Shown here one piece after another: positions 54,391-55,179 of a stretch of 55,179 nucleotides of DNA. Every line of letters begins with the position of its first letter. The stretch's first letter is position 1. Source of the DNA: Gaiellales bacterium. Lineage in GTDB: Bacteria; Actinomycetota; Thermoleophilia; Gaiellales; JAICJC01. Below the pieces are notes generated by a model, which was given only the letters and a program-made list of their open reading frames with translations, did no database searches and was not told the origin of the DNA. The translations under genes were made by a program, and so were the position numbers. The stretch is from assembly GCA_036263035.1 (NCBI GenBank), contig DATAHR010000139.1, positions 1-55,179 on the forward strand, read 5' to 3'.

Positions 54391-54888
54391 CTATACGGGC
54401 CGGACGCCCTGGGCGGGAAGGGCCCGGAGCAACTCGCCCACGGTGCTGTCCCCAAGCGGCAGCTCCGGATCGAGATCCGCAAGCGGCCGCAGGACGAACT
54501 CGCGCTCGTGCGCCCGCGGATGCGGCAGGGTGAGCCGGTCGTCGGCGCTGGTCACCCCTTCGTACCAGAGCAGGTCGAGGTCGAGCGTGCGCGGTCCCCA
54601 GCGCACCGTGCGTTCGCGGTGGAACTCGGCCTCGATCGCCAGCAGGCCGTCGAGCAGGGCCGCGGGCTCGAGCGTCGTATCCAGCAGCACCACGGCGTTC
54701 AGGAAGGCCGGCTGATCCTCGTACCCGACCGGATCGGTCTCATACACGGGTGAGGCAGCCATTACGGCGCCCAGCCCGGCCAGCCTCGCGGTGGCGCTTC
54801 GCAGGACGGCCGGCGAATCACCCAGGTTGCTCCCCAGACCGATGTACGCGCGGTTCCCCCGGAAGGGTGGATTTGATGACATTTCCAT
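54391..54888 (-). CDS. folK: 2-amino-4-hydroxy-6-hydroxymethyldihydropteridine pyrophosphokinase
   Basis: AYIGLGSNLGD, SPVYETDPVG, FLNAVV, PRTLDLDLL, LPHPRAHEREFVL. Confidence 0.9.
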   Translation of the reverse strand: MEMSSNPPFRGNRAYIGLGSNLGDSPAVLRSATARLAGLGAVMAASPVYETDPVGYEDQPAFLNAVVLLDTTLEPAALLDGLLAIEAEFHRERTVRWGPRTLDLDLLWYEGVTSADDRLTLPHPRAHEREFVLRPLADLDPELPLGDSTVGELLRALPAQGVRPV

Positions 54889-54983
54889 AATGGTTTCCTC
54901 ACATGTGGCCGATGCATGAAAGACCGGGGTCGATGATTTGCGTTGGCGGCCCCGAAGCTCCCATATCCGTCAAGGAAGGTGCC

Positions 54984-55179
54984 ATGTCGACCCTCATGGA
55001 ACTGACCATCGTGCTCCTCCTGTGCCCTGCCGCGCTGGCCGCGTGGTTCGACGCACGGTATCCGAGCCTCCGCCCGTCCGACCTGCGTCGCACGGCGCTG
55101 CACCTGGGAGTGACCGGCCTGGTCGCCTTCGTGCTGCTTCGCCCGGCCCTGCTCGGCATCGCCATGGTGCTGCACGGCT
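54984..55179 (+). CDS. hypothetical membrane protein (3' end outside window)
   Basis: ATG 54984 preceded by AAGGAAGG. MSTLMELTIVLLLCPAALAAWF... is hydrophobic. The frame is open to the window end. Confidence 0.4.
   Translation, partial: MSTLMELTIVLLLCPAALAAWFDARYPSLRPSDLRRTALHLGVTGLVAFVLLRPALLGIAMVLHG

Noticed and set aside
54076-54753. 225-aa and 211-aa plus-strand ORFs starting inside the MITE-like element
   Set aside because: They run antisense through folK, are Arg/Ser-rich, and begin in repeat sequence.

Overview
Very GC-rich bacterial chromosomal segment (about 70% by eye, not computed). Gene content and order fit a deep-branching actinobacterium, possibly Rubrobacteria or Thermoleophilia-like; that is a guess from synteny, and no searches were run. 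I support about 60 protein genes and one tRNA. All family calls come from motifs I recognise in the translations. The minus strand carries an ancient housekeeping backbone: folK, coaX, greA-lysS, clpC, radA-disA, carD, yacL-ispD-ispF, gltX-cysS-rlmB-yacP-sigH-like and tRNA-Thr. Accessory blocks interrupt it at 19.6-28.2 kb, 31.2-32.8 kb, 35.3-40.8 kb and 47.3-52.2 kb. Many long ORFs in the supplied track are antisense artefacts of the high GC content, and several real genes have over-extended N-termini there. The main observations the ORF track does not explain are these. (1) A hidden SelW/Rdx-family selenoprotein gene at 50929-51204, with an in-frame TGA at the CxxU redox position and a SECIS-like hairpin. 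(2) Two diverged copies of a non-coding module of about 175 bp (5785-5963 plus strand, 39475-39642 minus strand). Both have the same spacing: three GTCAC repeats, 25 nt, AATAAT, 41 nt, three GTnAC repeats, all in 11-bp register. One copy lies upstream of gltB. (3) A 315-bp MITE-like element with perfect 20-bp terminal inverted repeats and two internal 82-bp hairpin-pair units (54074-54388). (4) A dispersed palindrome of about 30 bp (20051-20083, 44052-44080). (5) A recurrent leaderless-type promoter geometry, TAnnnT 6-8 nt before start codons, including back-to-back -10 boxes in a 23-bp divergent spacer. (6) A membrane-spanning regulator combining SARP/BTAD, a beta-propeller-like region and a periplasmic-binding-protein domain. 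I recognised no defence system, CRISPR array, prophage or transposase gene.
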